DNA of 64,000 bases from Felis catus (taxonomy: Eukaryota). The stretch is taken from assembly GCF_018350175.1 (NCBI RefSeq), contig NC_058368.1, positions 15,378,001-15,442,000 on the forward strand, read 5' to 3'. This document shows positions 13,433 to 25,684 of the stretch, piece after piece (positions within the stretch are counted from its first letter, which is position 1; each line of letters starts with the position of its first letter). Under the pieces are notes generated by a model. It made no database searches. It was not told where the DNA came from and worked only from the letters and a program-made list of their open reading frames with translations. A program made the position numbers and the translations under genes.

Positions 13433-13545
13433 TTGTTTGGATGATTTTAAAAAGGACTTATTGTAACTATCAACGCTCTTCCTTTCCAGGGTACCACCCC
13501 AGAGAACAAATAATAAATGGGATCCAAAGTATTTATTTTATTTAC

Positions 13546-13707
13546 CCCATAATCTCCTCAGGAGAACTCTGTGGAAAAGCAGGAGACATGGCTTCAGACC
13601 TGAAGTCATATTGGGGCTTCCTACTTCCTCGCCCACTGAATGAAAGACCCTTAGGCCCGTGGAGCAGGTGTAATTTGTCTTATGACTCAGGCACAATGGC
13701 TGCCAGC
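13546..13707 (-). pseudogene. Candidate exon, 162 bp
   Basis: gtgttcctcatgcaatag|G...TGGG|gtaaat; open frame WQPLCLSHKTNYTCSTGLRVFHSVGEEVGSPNMTSGLKPCLLLFHRVLLRRLW. Confidence 0.4.
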
Positions 13708-14112
13708 CTATTGCATGAGGAACACACAGAGGTATTCTGTGTTTTCCACACAGGTTAAGACAACATAGGAGAACCCAATTTTCCCATGATGAAGGCACAC
13801 ACGCGTCTTTGTGTATTTTCCCAGAAAGGAATGGATATGGGTTATGGCTGGCTGCCATATCTTCATTCTCCTCCCTGACACTCTATGAGGTGGGGCCCTG
13901 GCAGGATAAATGCTGGGACCATGGTTATAATCTGTGGCCATGGGACAGAGAAGCCCAGTAGGTTATCAATGCTTTATCACATATAATCACAGGAAAACTA
14001 AGGCTTTGAGAGTCTGTCTTTAAACACTGTTGACTGAATATAAGTATTTGAAAACAAAATCTTTTCAGTTTTAAACCTAAATTTCAAATATTTCCACTTT
14101 GGATGAAAGGTA

Positions 14113-14135
14113 CTATATTAGTCAGGGTTCTCCAA

Positions 14136-14171
<36 letters not shown>

Positions 14172-14600
14172 AAACCTGGATCCAATTAGAGATTTTGGCA
14201 ATTTCTAGCAATTCCCAAGATTGGCAGGGTGAATTGGCAGGCTAGAGACCCAAGAGAGTCAGTGATTTAGTTCCAGTCGGAATCTGAAGGCCTGAAAACC
14301 AAGAGAGCCAGTGGTGTGGATCCAGTCCAAAGGCTAGTGTGCTTGAGGACCAGAACAAGCTGATGTCCCAGTTCAAACACCACCAGGCATGAAGAATTTT
14401 CTCTTACTCCAGGGAGGGTCAGCCTTATTGTTCTATTCAGACCTTCAACTGACTGATTGCTACCAATTCAAATGTTGTTTACCAATTCAAATGTCTACCA
14501 ATTCAAATGTTAATCTCATCCAGTAACACCCTCACAGACCCATCCAGAATAACGTTTGATGAAATGTCAGTCAACCTAACATATAAAATTAACTATCATA
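14113..14600. mobile_element. MLT2-type (ERVL) LTR with (CAA)n and a triplicated taccaattcaaatgt
   Basis: tatattagtcagggttctcca...cagtcaacctaacatataaaattaactatcata termini. Confidence 0.8.
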
Positions 14601-14811
14601 GATAATAATTAATATTTACAACTTAAATTTTTTATATAAGAGCCTTAAGTATTATGGCTCTATGAGCCTTACAAGTTTCTTACTTTTCATAATTTCTTAT
14701 CACAAAATTGAGGAGAAACCACATGACTACCTACTTCTTAAGTTATTAAATGATCAAAGTAACTTTTCTCTTATTTTAATTATAGAAGTTTTTACATGTG
14801 CACTGTCTTAC

Positions 14812-14927
14812 TTTTCTACTCGGCTAACTCTCTTTCCTTCAAAGAATACCTCTCACAGGAGTTGATGACTGAGTATTTGAACTTTTTTTTAATACGTTCT
14901 GCTCTGGATAATATTTCAGTGGGAGAC
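14812..14927 (-). pseudogene. Candidate pseudo-exon, 116 bp, RGS helix 5-like
   Basis: ttgctgtacctgcag|G...AAAA|gtaagac; SPTEILSRAERIKKKFKYSVINSCERYSLKERELAE*K, like RGS SPxxLxxKAxxIYxxF. Confidence 0.5.
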
Positions 14928-15589
14928 CTGCAGGTACAGCAAGTTATTGCCCAAAAGCCTCATCAAAATTCTGAATACAATAAACTATTTTCAACGGGCT
15001 CTCAAGAGGTGATAATTAGCTTTCATTAAACATAATAAATATTAATGCAAGCCAGAAACAAAGTTCAGACAGAATTGTACTATACACATTAATAATGCAA
15101 AGGTTCAGTCTTTGGACTATGTGGAACTCCCTGAGAATGATGGCTGGTCTAAGACAACACTGAAGATCTCTGATTTATACAAAGAAAATTTCCTTTTCAT
15201 GTGCCAGCACTAAAGACTGACTTTTCCTGAGTTTTGAATTCAAAAGTAATGAAGGCATGTTCCATGTACATATTTTGTTAAGTTTTTCTTTAAGCTCTGT
15301 GTCATATTTAAAAAAGAAAAAAAAATTACATCACAACATCAGGGATTTGTATTAAACAATATCAGTGTCTAGGGACTTTAATAGCAATGTACAAGGATGC
15401 ATTGAGCTAAGGAGGGATGGATATCAGCAATGACGATCATTCTCAGCAAACCTCATGTTAAAGCTTAATTTAAAAACTAACTCATAATTAGTTATCACTG
15501 TACCAGGATGGTACATCCTAAGTGTTGATGAGGATGTGGAGGGACTGAAACTCCCCCAAGAATGCACTGTTTTTTCATTTGTTTGGTTT

Positions 15590-16515
15590 TTTGGTTTGTT
15601 TTTAATATAATTGATTGTCAAATTGGCTAACATACAGTGTGTAAATTGTGCTCTTGGTTTTGGGGGTAGATCCCCGTGGTCCATCGCTTCCATACAACAC
15701 CCAGTGCTCATCCCAACAAGTGCCCTCCTCAATGCCCATCACCTATTTTCCCCTGTCCCCCACTTCCCATCCACCCTCAATTTCTTCTCTGTATTTAAGA
15801 GTCTCTTATGGTTTGCTTCCTCCCTCTCTGTAACTAGTTCTTCCCCTTCCTTTCCCCCAGGGTCTTCTGTTAAGTTTCTCAAGACCCACATATGAGTGAA
15901 AACATGGTATCTGTCTTTCTCTGACTGACTTATTTCACTCAGCATAAGACCTTCCAGTTCCATCCATGTTGCTACACATGGCAAGATTTCATTCTTTCTC
16001 ATTGCCAAGTAGTATTCCATTGTATGTATAAACCACATCTTCTTTATCCATTCATCAGTTGATGGGCATTTAGGCTCTTTCCATAATTTGGCTATTGTTG
16101 AAAGTGCTATTATAAACATTGGGATACATGTGCCCCTATGAATCAGCACTACTGTATCCTTTGGATAAATTCCTAGTAGTGCTATTGCTGGGTCACAGGG
16201 TAGTTCTATTTTTAATTTTTTGAGGAGCCTCCACACTGTTTTCCAGAGTGGCTGCACCAGTTTGCATTCCCACCAACAGTACAAGAGGGTTCCCATTTCT
16301 CTACATCCTTGCCAGCATCTGTAGCTTCCTGAGTTGTTCATTTTATCCACTCTGACCGGTGTGAGGTGGTATCTCGGTGTGGTTTTGATTTGTATTTCCC
16401 TGATGATGCGTGAGTTGAGCATCTTTTCATGTGTCTTTTGGCCATCTGAATGCCTTCTTTGGAAAGTGTCTATTCATGTCTTCTACTCATTTCTTCACTG
16501 GATTATTTGTTTAAG
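15590..16515 (-). mobile_element. Carnivore L1 3' end (ORF2 C-terminus and 3' UTR)
   Basis: ORF 15739-16422 is the L1 ORF2 C-terminus (HLTPVR...[16 protein letters not shown]...). Confidence 0.95.
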
Positions 16516-17137
16516 GAAAGGCTGAACCCAGGAGCCTGGTTCTCTCCAGAATGGAAAGTCAGAGTGGGGGCTGGTCACCATTAGTTTGCCTTGAGTCAGG
16601 CTGTTAGTAACTAATTGGAAAGTCCCTCACACCCCATCTATCTGAGGAGAGATAACTTAAGCTTTCAGGTTGTAAGCATGATTACTCAACAGAGGAGCAT
16701 GACGTTTCTAATAATGTGCTCTGTTTACTTAAGTGCTATAATCTAAAAATGGATTCCACATTGAGAATTTATGTTGAAACATTTTTTTTTTAAATCCAGT
16801 GGGAACTTTCAACAAATGATACTAGATATCTGTTTGGGAAAAAGTGAACCCTGATGCTTACTTCAAACAATACATGAAAATGAATTCAAGATGCATCGTA
16901 CACCTAAATGTGATAAGTAAAACAACCAAACTTGCAGAAGAAAACATTGGAAAATACAATAATGACTCTGAGGTAGGCAAAGATTTTTTAAACAAGACAT
17001 AAAAAGCAAAAATCAAAAGAAAAAAAATAGATGAACTGCACTTCACCAAAATGAAAACTTACTGTTCATCAAAAGCCACCACTGAGAAAGTAAAAGGGCA
17101 AGCTTTAAACTGGAAGAAGAAGCTGTCTAATAGAGGA

Positions 17138-17360
17138 GGGGCGCCTGGGTGGCTCAGTTGGTTGAGTGTCCAACTTTGGCCCAGGTCATGATCTTGCGCT
17201 TTGTGGGTTCGGGCCCCGTGTTGGGCTCTGTGCCGACAGCTCAGAGCCTGGAGCCTGTTTAGGGTTCTGTGTGTGTGTGTGTCTCTCTCTCTATGCCCCT
17301 CCCCTACTCACACTCTCTCTCTCCTTCAAAAGTAAATAAACATTAAAAAAAATTTAAAGA
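17138..17360 (+). mobile_element. Can-SINE
   Basis: TSD tgtctaatagagga. Confidence 0.95.
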
Positions 17361-17467
17361 AATATGTCTAATAGAGGATTCACATCCAAAATGTATTTTA
17401 AAATAATACCACAAATCTATAAGGAAAAAGGCAAAAGACCTAATTTAAGATGAGTTAAATAAATTTA

Positions 17468-17684
17468 ATTTTTTTTAATCTTTATTTGTTTTTGAGAGAG
17501 AGAGTGTGAGTGGGTGAGGAACAGAGAGAGAGGGAGACACAGAATGTGAAGCAGGCTCCAGGCTCCGAGCTGTCAGGACAGAGCCCAACACGGGGCCCAA
17601 ACCCACAAACCACGAGATCATGATCCCAGATCGTGACCCCAGCCGAAGTTGCACGCTCAACCAGCTGAGCCACCCAGGGGCCCC
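17468..17684 (-). mobile_element. Can-SINE
   Basis: TSD gttaaataaatttaa. Confidence 0.9.
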
Positions 17685-19622
17685 TGGGTTAAATAAATTT
17701 AAATCACAATTAGTTATCACTGTTCAATAGAATGGCTACAATTAAAATGACTGACTACACCAAATTTCGGCAAGGATGTGGAGTAACTGGAACTCTCATA
17801 TACCACCCATTGGACTGTTAAAATGTTACAACACTTTGGAAAACAGTTTGGAGTTTCTTATAAAATTAAATATACACTACCATGTGACATGGTTCCAGCA
17901 ATTCCACTCAAGTATTTAGCCAAGGGAAATAAAAACATATGTGTATACCAAGACATATCTACACAAATGTTCATAATAGTTCTATTCAGTCATTATTTAT
18001 AGTAGCCAAAAAAAAATTGGAAATAACCTGAATGTCTACCGACAAATAAATTAATAACAAAATGGTGGAACATCCATACAAGAGACTACTGTTCAGCAAT
18101 AAAAAGGAATTAACTATATAGACACACTTCAAAAATATGGTCAGTGAAAGAAGCCAGACACGAGAGTACATACTATATAATTCTATTTATATAAAATTCT
18201 ACAGCAAGTAAAGGTAATCTATTCTGACAGAAAGCAGATCGGTGTTTGGCTACAACTGTGCATGTGGACATAGATGACGGAACTTTTTGAGATGAGGGAA
18301 ATGTTCTGTCTCTCGGTTGTGGTGGCAGTAACATAAGTGCATATATTTGTTGAAACTCCTCAAACTGTACACTCAAAATGAATGAGTTTTATTATATGTA
18401 AATTATATCTCATTAAAGTTGCTTTATTTTTTATAAACTTGTCATTTGTAAATTGGCTAATGGCTTGAACAGGCACTTAACAAAAGATATCCAAATGGCC
18501 AATAAGCATATGAAATTATGCTGAATATCATTTCTCATCAAGGAAGTGCAAATTAAAAACACAATGAGATGCCACTACATACCCACCAAAATGGGCAAAA
18601 TTTAAGCTTTTGACAAATTTTGGCTAGAATGTGACATACCTGGGATGCTCATACATTGCTAGTGGGAATATAAAATGGCACTTTGAAAAACTATTTGGAA
18701 ATTTCCACTAACACTAAACACTGCCTGCCCTAAGAACCAGCAATTCCACCAGTAGGTAGATACACGTGTAAGAGAAATAAATGCTAACGTCTACCCCAAG
18801 ACAGACACAAGAATGTTCATAGTAGCCTTATTCATAATAACCCCAAACGGGAAACAATGCAAATGTAAATCAACAGAATGAAAAAATAAGTTGTGGTATA
18901 TTCTTATAATGAAATATTATACAATAATACAAATAAGTGAGCTACTGGTTAGCCACATGGATGAATCTCACAGACATATGTTGAATAATAGAACCTGAAA
19001 CTATAATTTCTATATGGTTCCATTTAGTTCAAGAACAGGCCAAATTAAAATTCTTCTCAAAGATGAGAAGTGAAAAACTAATTAATAATGATAGAAATCA
19101 GAACAGGGGTTACCTCTGGAGGGGGTTAGCCTGGGAAAGGACACAAGGAGATCTTCTGAGGTACTGAAAAAGTCTCAACTCTTGCTCTGAGGTGCTGGAA
19201 AAGTCCTATACCTTACTCTGGGTAGGGTTACAGGACTGTATGCATATTTAAAAATACCATACATTTATCATTAGTGCACTTCACCATATGCATATTCTAC
19301 ACCAATTTAGAAAATTCATTGGGACTTCCTAATACTTGGGTGTCTTCTGAAATAAAAGTAAAGATACCACTAGTGACAGCAGGAAAGGTCACACTCTTGA
19401 TTTTTTAATATGAGACTCTTTTTTTACTAAGGTGGTGCACAGTACACAAGGATATACAATACAAATTTATTTTTTTAATGAAACAAACTTTTATGTCAAA
19501 TTTAGGTAGAAAGATTCTAAAGCAAAATTTTGGACTCCAAAAGTTCCTTGCAGTGACTAAAATTTGTTAAATATTTTCTTATTAAAACCATCTTGTTCCA
19601 CTTATGCTCCTGCAACACTCTT

Positions 19623-19660
<38 letters not shown>

Positions 19661-19664
19661 TTAC

Positions 19665-19950
19665 CTTCATAGATTTCAAATATTTTCTTCAAGGTGACAG
19701 GCACCTTGCTCTGAAATAACTGGTTTCTCTCCAGGGAGGTGAAAGATCATTTTGTAAGCAAAGGCTGACAGATGTGAATAGCAATATTAACCTACAAAAA
19801 GATCATGGATATTTGGGAATTCAATCTCCAGTCTTGTTAAAACCTGACAGAGCCTGGGGAAGGAATGCAGATTGGAAGAGAACAGATTTCTGCCGATCAA
19901 GAAAACCAAAGGAAGAGCTCATGAATATTGATTCTGGACCTGCCTTCTCT
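19665..19950 (-). pseudogene. Candidate pseudo-exon, 286 bp
   Basis: gcatttctctccgtag|A...GAAG|gtaaaa; frameshifted pieces EKAGPESIFMSSSFGFLDRQKSVLFQ / QVLTRLEIEFPNIHDLF / SFTSLERNQLFQSKVPVTLKKIFEIYE. Confidence 0.45.
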
Positions 19951-20200
19951 CTACGGAGAGAAATGCAGACACAGTGCAATCCATATTACAGTGCCTAGAT
20001 CCAGTCCAACAGCACGCTGCTGCTAGGTTATAAACAACTCATCAAACTGCAATCTACACGTATTTCTTCACTTTCATATAATGTTTCTGAGGATAGAAGC
20101 CATTTCACAAAATTGTTGATAGGCCCTATTCTGGGAACTTTAAATTAGAGCCCCAGCAAATTAGAGTCTGCTACATACAAAGTGCTCAAAAAATGCTTAC

Positions 20201-20399
20201 TACAAAAACATGAACAGGGCAGAATCCCCAATCCAATCCATTTTGCAGGTGGAAGATGGTGGATGGAAATGATTCAGGAAGAGATAAATGGAAAGGGGAC
20301 AGAGCAGAGTTGTTGACTGGTTATGAAACACATTTTTAAGAGCCTTTTAACTTTTTCATCATGTTATCAGAGTTCTTTTGCGGAAGAGGTAATCTGTCC
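20201..20399 (-). pseudogene. Candidate pseudo-exon (3' boundary uncertain)
   Basis: ccgttttttttag|GG acceptor; GQITSSAKEL**HDEKVKRLLKMCFITSQQ, like RGS22 KKITTIINCFINSS (from memory). Confidence 0.4.
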
Positions 20400-20799
20400 C
20401 TAAAAAAAACGGCAGATCTCATAAATTAGAATTTTTGTCTTGTTCTTCCCAGGAAATGTACAATCTAATTGGTACTATATCCAGTTTACCAAGCACTGAG
20501 TTAGACATTTATCTTTAAAGATGCCTGCTGAATAGAAGCCAGTACTCAAACAGCACACATGGTGAGTGTTTCAAGGCATATTGTTGGTAATGAGTTATTA
20601 GCAACTTATTATGTTGAAAAAAACTCAATTGATTCACATCAAAAAGGAAGAAACCCTAGATGGAGATATTTACCATTATAAAAGAAAATACTCAAGTGGT
20701 CTCTCGGACTTCTGTGTTCAAAAACTGCCATTTGTTGTTCCCTATATTTAAGCAACCATCGTGTTTCAGAAGGTAAAGGGACAACAAGCCAATCTTGTC

Positions 20800-21023
20800 T
20801 TTTTTTAATTAAAAATTTTTTAACGTTTATCTATTTTTGAGAGACAGAGACACAGAGCATGAGCTGGGGAGGGGCAGAGAGAGAGGGAGACACAGAATCC
20901 AAAGCAGGCTCCTGGCTCTAAGCTGTCAGCAGAAAGTCTGATGTAGGGCTTGAACTCACAAACAGGGAGATCATGACCTGAGCCAAAGTTGGACACTCAA
21001 CCGACTGAGCCACCCAGGCGTCC
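20800..21023 (-). mobile_element. Can-SINE
   Basis: TSD tcttgtcttttt. Confidence 0.9.
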
Positions 21024-21024
21024 T

Positions 21025-21600
21025 AGTCTTGTCTTTTTTGTACATAACTGCCTCTCAAATATTTGAAGGCAGCTAATATGTCTCCCATTAAAACTTCCAT
21101 AAGCCAAACACCGGATTCCTTGAATCGTCTCTTGAAGAATATTTCCCTTCTTGTCCTGGAGACTTTCAGTTTGTCAGTGTCCATCTTAAATTGGGGTGTC
21201 CAAAATTGAAAGCAATATTCCACCTTTAACCAGACCAGTGAAAAACCTGGTAGGATTGTATTTTCTGTAATTTGGACACATCACCCGCCTGTTAATGCAA
21301 TTTTTTTTCACATAAACTGCTGCCAAACCACATCTCCCCATCTTGTACTTAGGCAGTCAAATTTTTAAAGGTAAATACAGAAGATAACATTTAGATTTTG
21401 CCTATCACTTCAACCTGTCAAGACTATTTTGAATCTTTATTTTATGATCAATCATATTCACTCCCTTTTCCAGCTTTCTGTCATATTCTAACTTGATAAG
21501 CATGTCTTCTATGTCTCAGCAAGTCACTGATAAAAAAATATCTAACAGTACAGAGCTCTGTAGTTTGACTTTAGAGGTGTCCCTCCAAATTCATGAACTT
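21025..21600 (-). mobile_element. L3/CR1 LINE fragment (RT C-terminal region)
   Basis: EYCFQFWTPQFKMDTDKL...GDILAAFKYLRG matches CR1 LEYCVQFWAPQYKKD...GDLIAAFKYLKG. Confidence 0.8.
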
Positions 21601-21661
21601 ATCCACCAAATATTTCTGTGCACCTACTATGTACCAGAAACCATGCTTAAAAAAAAATCTA

Positions 21662-21792
21662 GGGGTCTTTGGGTGGCTCAGTTGGTTAAGTGTCCAACTC
21701 TTGGTTTTGGCTTAGGTCATAATCTCACAGTGTCATTCATGAGTTTGAGCCCCGAGTCAAGCTCTGTGCTGGCAATGTGAAGCCTGCTTGGG

Positions 21793-21828
<36 letters not shown>

Positions 21829-21900
21829 CCTCCCAAACTTGTGCTATCTTGTCTCTTCTCAAAATAAATAAATAAGCTTAAAAAAAAAATAAAAAAATAC
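21662..21900 (+). mobile_element. Can-SINE
   Basis: Head, (CT)n, A tail. Confidence 0.9.
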
Positions 21901-22229
21901 ATAAAATAAGTTCCCTGGGAAAAAATGATTTCTGAGTTTAGGGAATTTTTTTCATTTAATAGATTATACACTACTATCAATGTTTTTAGGGTGAAAAATT
22001 TTAAGAAACAGTTATTCTGTGAAACTTTGATGTTTTTCCATTACATCACACACAAGAATATACTGAGAGACATGGTCGAGCAACTAACGACAACAGATAT
22101 ATTAGATATATCTAATATATACCTAGAATATTACCAAAAGTGAAAGTAAAATTATTTTGACCAACCTTATCTTAGTAAAACTGCACTGACCCTTAGTGAT
22201 CCCCATATTGTTTGTAAAATGGGCAGCAA

Positions 22230-22390
22230 GTTTGATTCAGGATTAGAATTCTAGTTCCAGCACCTACCAGCTGTGTGACCTTGAACAAGGACTGATTTCT
22301 AGGCACCAAGTATCTTCATCTGCATTGTGGTAAGAGCAACAAATACATCACACAATTATTATGGAGATTTAATTACAAAAATACATAAAT
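22230..22390 (+). mobile_element. MIR
   Basis: ttctagttccagcacctaccagctgtgtgaccttgaacaag. Confidence 0.65.
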
Positions 22391-22850
22391 TATCATTAAA
22401 AATGAGTTTTCTTTTTCCTAAAGGTCCATTCACGATTTGACAGTCTTTTTAATAATTTTTCCAGACCTCAAACTTGTTAGTCTTTATTCTGAATTCAACC
22501 AATTCTAATTTCAACCATCTTTTGCAAGTAGGATGACATTTCTCCATCTCCAATGTTTTGGCCCTTCCCCATTCTCCATGAATGTGCTATTAGATCTGGC
22601 TGAGATCATACCTGTAGTTCCTTCTGGGCCCTGGGATATTCTTGTCTGGCTCTAGAAATGAGAATGCTGCTTCTAAGCAATCTTTCTACAACTCCTCAGT
22701 TATGGTGAGCTACAGTTTCTTTGTTGATTGTTTTTCTGCACTTTTCTATTTGAATTCCTCTCTCCTTTCCAAAAACCATGAAAGTAAAAAAAAAAAAAAA
22801 ACCAGGAGCTAAGTAGTTCAACCTTCTTTCTGAGATCGACTAACTCAGAA

Positions 22851-22952
22851 TAGCCATGCTAACTTTAAAAGCTTATGGATCTGTTAGCCTTTCTAACTCT
22901 AAGAGCTTATGGATCTGTTAGCCTTGCTAACTCCAAAAGCAAATGGATCTAT
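22851..22952. repeat. 34-bp tandem repeat, 3 copies
   Basis: Units start at 22851, 22885 and 22919 (tagcc..gctaact..aa.agc..atggatct.t). Confidence 0.9.
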
Positions 22953-23550
22953 ACTTATGGATTTGATTTCCAGCTACTTGTCAGGGAGTAAAGTCTCACC
23001 ATTTGTGTCACCCAATGCTTTTCAAAAGTTTGGTTGAGAGAGATAATATTTGTAATGTTTTGCCTGAATGGTTTGTAATCCACCCATTTCTCTAATACTC
23101 TACACTTCCATCTCCCTGCCCCTCTCTGAAATTTTGTTTGCATGTTCTCACTTAACATTGTTCAGGTTTATCATATTTACATTCTATTCAGAGTATATAA
23201 GTTCCATAGTGATCAGTAATCATTTAACAACTAAACAAATTCATTGCTCATTATGAGCCCCCTCCTCCTACCCCTGTATTCCTGAGTTCTTCAATTAGAG
23301 TCTTTTTCTTGTCTGGATTTCTTGTCAAGTTGTTTTTCCAAGACAAACCCCACGTACTAAACTCTGAGCTTCTTCTCTCCTGAGAAGACCTATATGTTTC
23401 CTTTATATTTAAATGATATCTTCATTTTGTATGATATTCTTTGTTCATACCAGCTTTCACATGTTCCACTGCTTTCACTATGGAAAAGTCTAAGGCCAGC
23501 CTTACTTATTTCTCCTATAGGGTAATTTCTTTCCTGCTTCCTGTTCCCTT

Positions 23551-23617
23551 TCTTCCTTCCTTCCTTCCTTCCTTCCTTCCTTCCTTCCTTCCTTCCTTCC
23601 TTCCTTCCTTCCTTCCT
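23551..23617. repeat. (TTCC)n microsatellite
   Basis: Direct. Confidence 0.95.
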
Positions 23618-23993
23618 CTTTCTCCCTTTTCCTCCTTCTCCCTCTCTACCCCTTAATGGATGTATTAAGAATTCTTTCTTTACCCTTAAAGTTTAGTTTA
23701 GCCATGATATGTATCACTGCTGAACATACTGCATCAAAATTTCCAGAATCTAGTAATATTCTGATCTATAAATTTTTCATTTGGGAAAATTATCTTGTAT
23801 TTTATCTCTGAATACATCTTTTGTTCCTTTTTTTTTTTTTTTTGGCTTTTCTACTTCAAGGTTATCACTTATTTTTATGTAGGACACTCTGTATACTATA
23901 TCTATCAGCTTCTTACTTGGTTTACTCTGTATTTTTTCATCTTAATTTATTGTGTATCTCAAGCCTCTCCTCTAATTGTCAGAATTTATTTTC

Positions 23994-24591
23994 CCAGCAA
24001 TAACACTACTAGGAATTTATCCAAAGGATATAGGAGTGCTGATTTATAGGGACACATGTACCCCAATGTTTATAGCAGCACTTTTAACAATAGCCAAACT
24101 ATGGAAAGGGCCTAAATGTACATCAACTGATGAATGGATAAAGATATGGTTTATATATACAATGGCATACTACTTGGCAATGAGAAAGAATGAAATCCTG
24201 ACATTTGCAGCAACGCGGATGGAACTGGAGGGTATTGCTAAGTGAAATAAGTCAGTCAAAGAAAGACATATGTTTTCACTCATATGTGGAACCTGAGAAA
24301 CTTAATAGAAGACCATGGGGAAAGGAAGGAGAAGAAATGGTTACAAACAGAGAGGGAGGGAGGCAAACCATAAGAGACTCTTAAATACAGAGAACAAACT
24401 GATGGTTGATGGGGGGTGGGGGGAAAAGGGAAAATGGGCGATGGGCATTGACGAGGGCACACGTTGGGATGAGTAATGGGTGTTATATGTAAGCCATGAA
24501 TCGTGGGACTCTAATCCCAAAACCAAGAGCACACTGTATATATACACTGTATGTTAGCCAACTTGACAATAAATTATATTAAGAAAAAAAG
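23994..24591 (+). mobile_element. Carnivore L1 3' end
   Basis: [12 protein letters not shown]...MELEG; TSD agaattta(t/a)tttc. Confidence 0.9.
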
Positions 24592-24829
24592 AGAATTTAA
24601 TTTCAATGGAGTCTATTCTCTCTCCTGGTGTTTTAATTTCATTTATTTGTCATTTTAATACTCTTATTTCCTTAGTTTTAAAATCTTTTCTTGATCTCAT
24701 TCAGCTGTTTCAATATCCTTGTCTTTCAGCTTTTAGTGTTCTCATTAAATTATTCTATCGTATGAAGCAATTATATTACATTTCCTCCTGTTCCTTAACT
24801 TGCATTTTTCCTAGGTCTAGTGCTATCTT

Positions 24830-24945
24830 TATATATTTATTATATATAATGTAATATATAATTTATTATATATACTGTAATATATAATTTGTTATATATA
24901 ATATAATATAATATATAATTTTATATAATATATATATATAATTTA
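24830..24945. repeat. AT-rich (TA)n-like low complexity
   Basis: Direct. Confidence 0.85.
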
Positions 24946-25450
24946 GCCGTTGATGTTGCCATTTTGCATATTTGCTTTGCTGTTCCTTTCCATCCAGCTC
25001 ATTTTAGAATGATTCTGTCTAGTCATTCTATTGCTCTTGTCTCTTTTCCCATTCAATCCAACTAGAAATATTTTCTACTTCCAACCTTGTTGAGGGTTTA
25101 ATGAATCATATTCTAACTACTATTCTATAGTCTGAGGAAATGGTGAGAAGAAGAGAAACCATGGTTTGTATTCTTCTTTGATATTCTGTTAGAAGTTCTA
25201 CACCTGAGTTTGTTGCACTTAATCTGAGAATGTATCTGATTCCCAAGTCGAATATCCTCAAAGTTTTCACTCTGGAGCTACAGTGCCTTTCTTTCCCTTG
25301 GAGAGAGTCTGCCCTCTATAATTTCATCTGTTTATCTCTAGCTATTATTTCCATTATTCCTCATTCAAAAAAATAAAAAGATATAAGAATATGTATGCTC
25401 ATTCAACTTCTTTCCAGATTTGGGGGTATATGTGTTTAATCTCAGCATTC

Positions 25451-25684
25451 TTTTTTTTTTTTTTTTAATTTTTTTTTTTTTCAACGTTTATTTATTTTTG
25501 GGACAGAGAGAGACAGAGCATGAACAGGGGAGGGGCAGAGAGAGAGGGAGACACAGAATCGGAAACAGGCTCCAGGCTCTGAGCCATCAGCCCAGAGCCT
25601 GACGCGGGGCTGGAACTCACGGACCGCGAGATCGTGACCTGGCTGAAGTCGGCCGCTTAACCGACTGCGCCACCCAGGCGCCCC
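25451..25684 (-). mobile_element. Young Can-SINE
   Basis: TSD aatctcagcattcttt. Confidence 0.95.

Larger units (their letters stand above)
16800..19315 (+). mobile_element. Old L1M 3' fragments (two successive 3' ends)
   Basis: Two copies of the ORF2 end and UTR (~16800-18420 and ~18450-19315). Confidence 0.8.

Noticed and set aside
13246..13758. 170-aa plus-strand ORF
   Set aside because: Begins in a SINE; the remainder is antisense to a candidate exon.
15739..16422. Longest ORF (227 aa) as a host gene
   Set aside because: It is the L1 ORF2 C-terminus of a 5'-truncated element.
19665..19790. Selenoprotein (in-frame TGA in ...LLTK*SFTS...)
   Set aside because: Neighbouring exons contain TAA and TAG stops and frameshifts too; decay is the simpler explanation and no SECIS was recognised.
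22851..22952. CRISPR-like array
   Set aside because: Head-to-tail units with no unique spacers, no cas genes, mammalian context.
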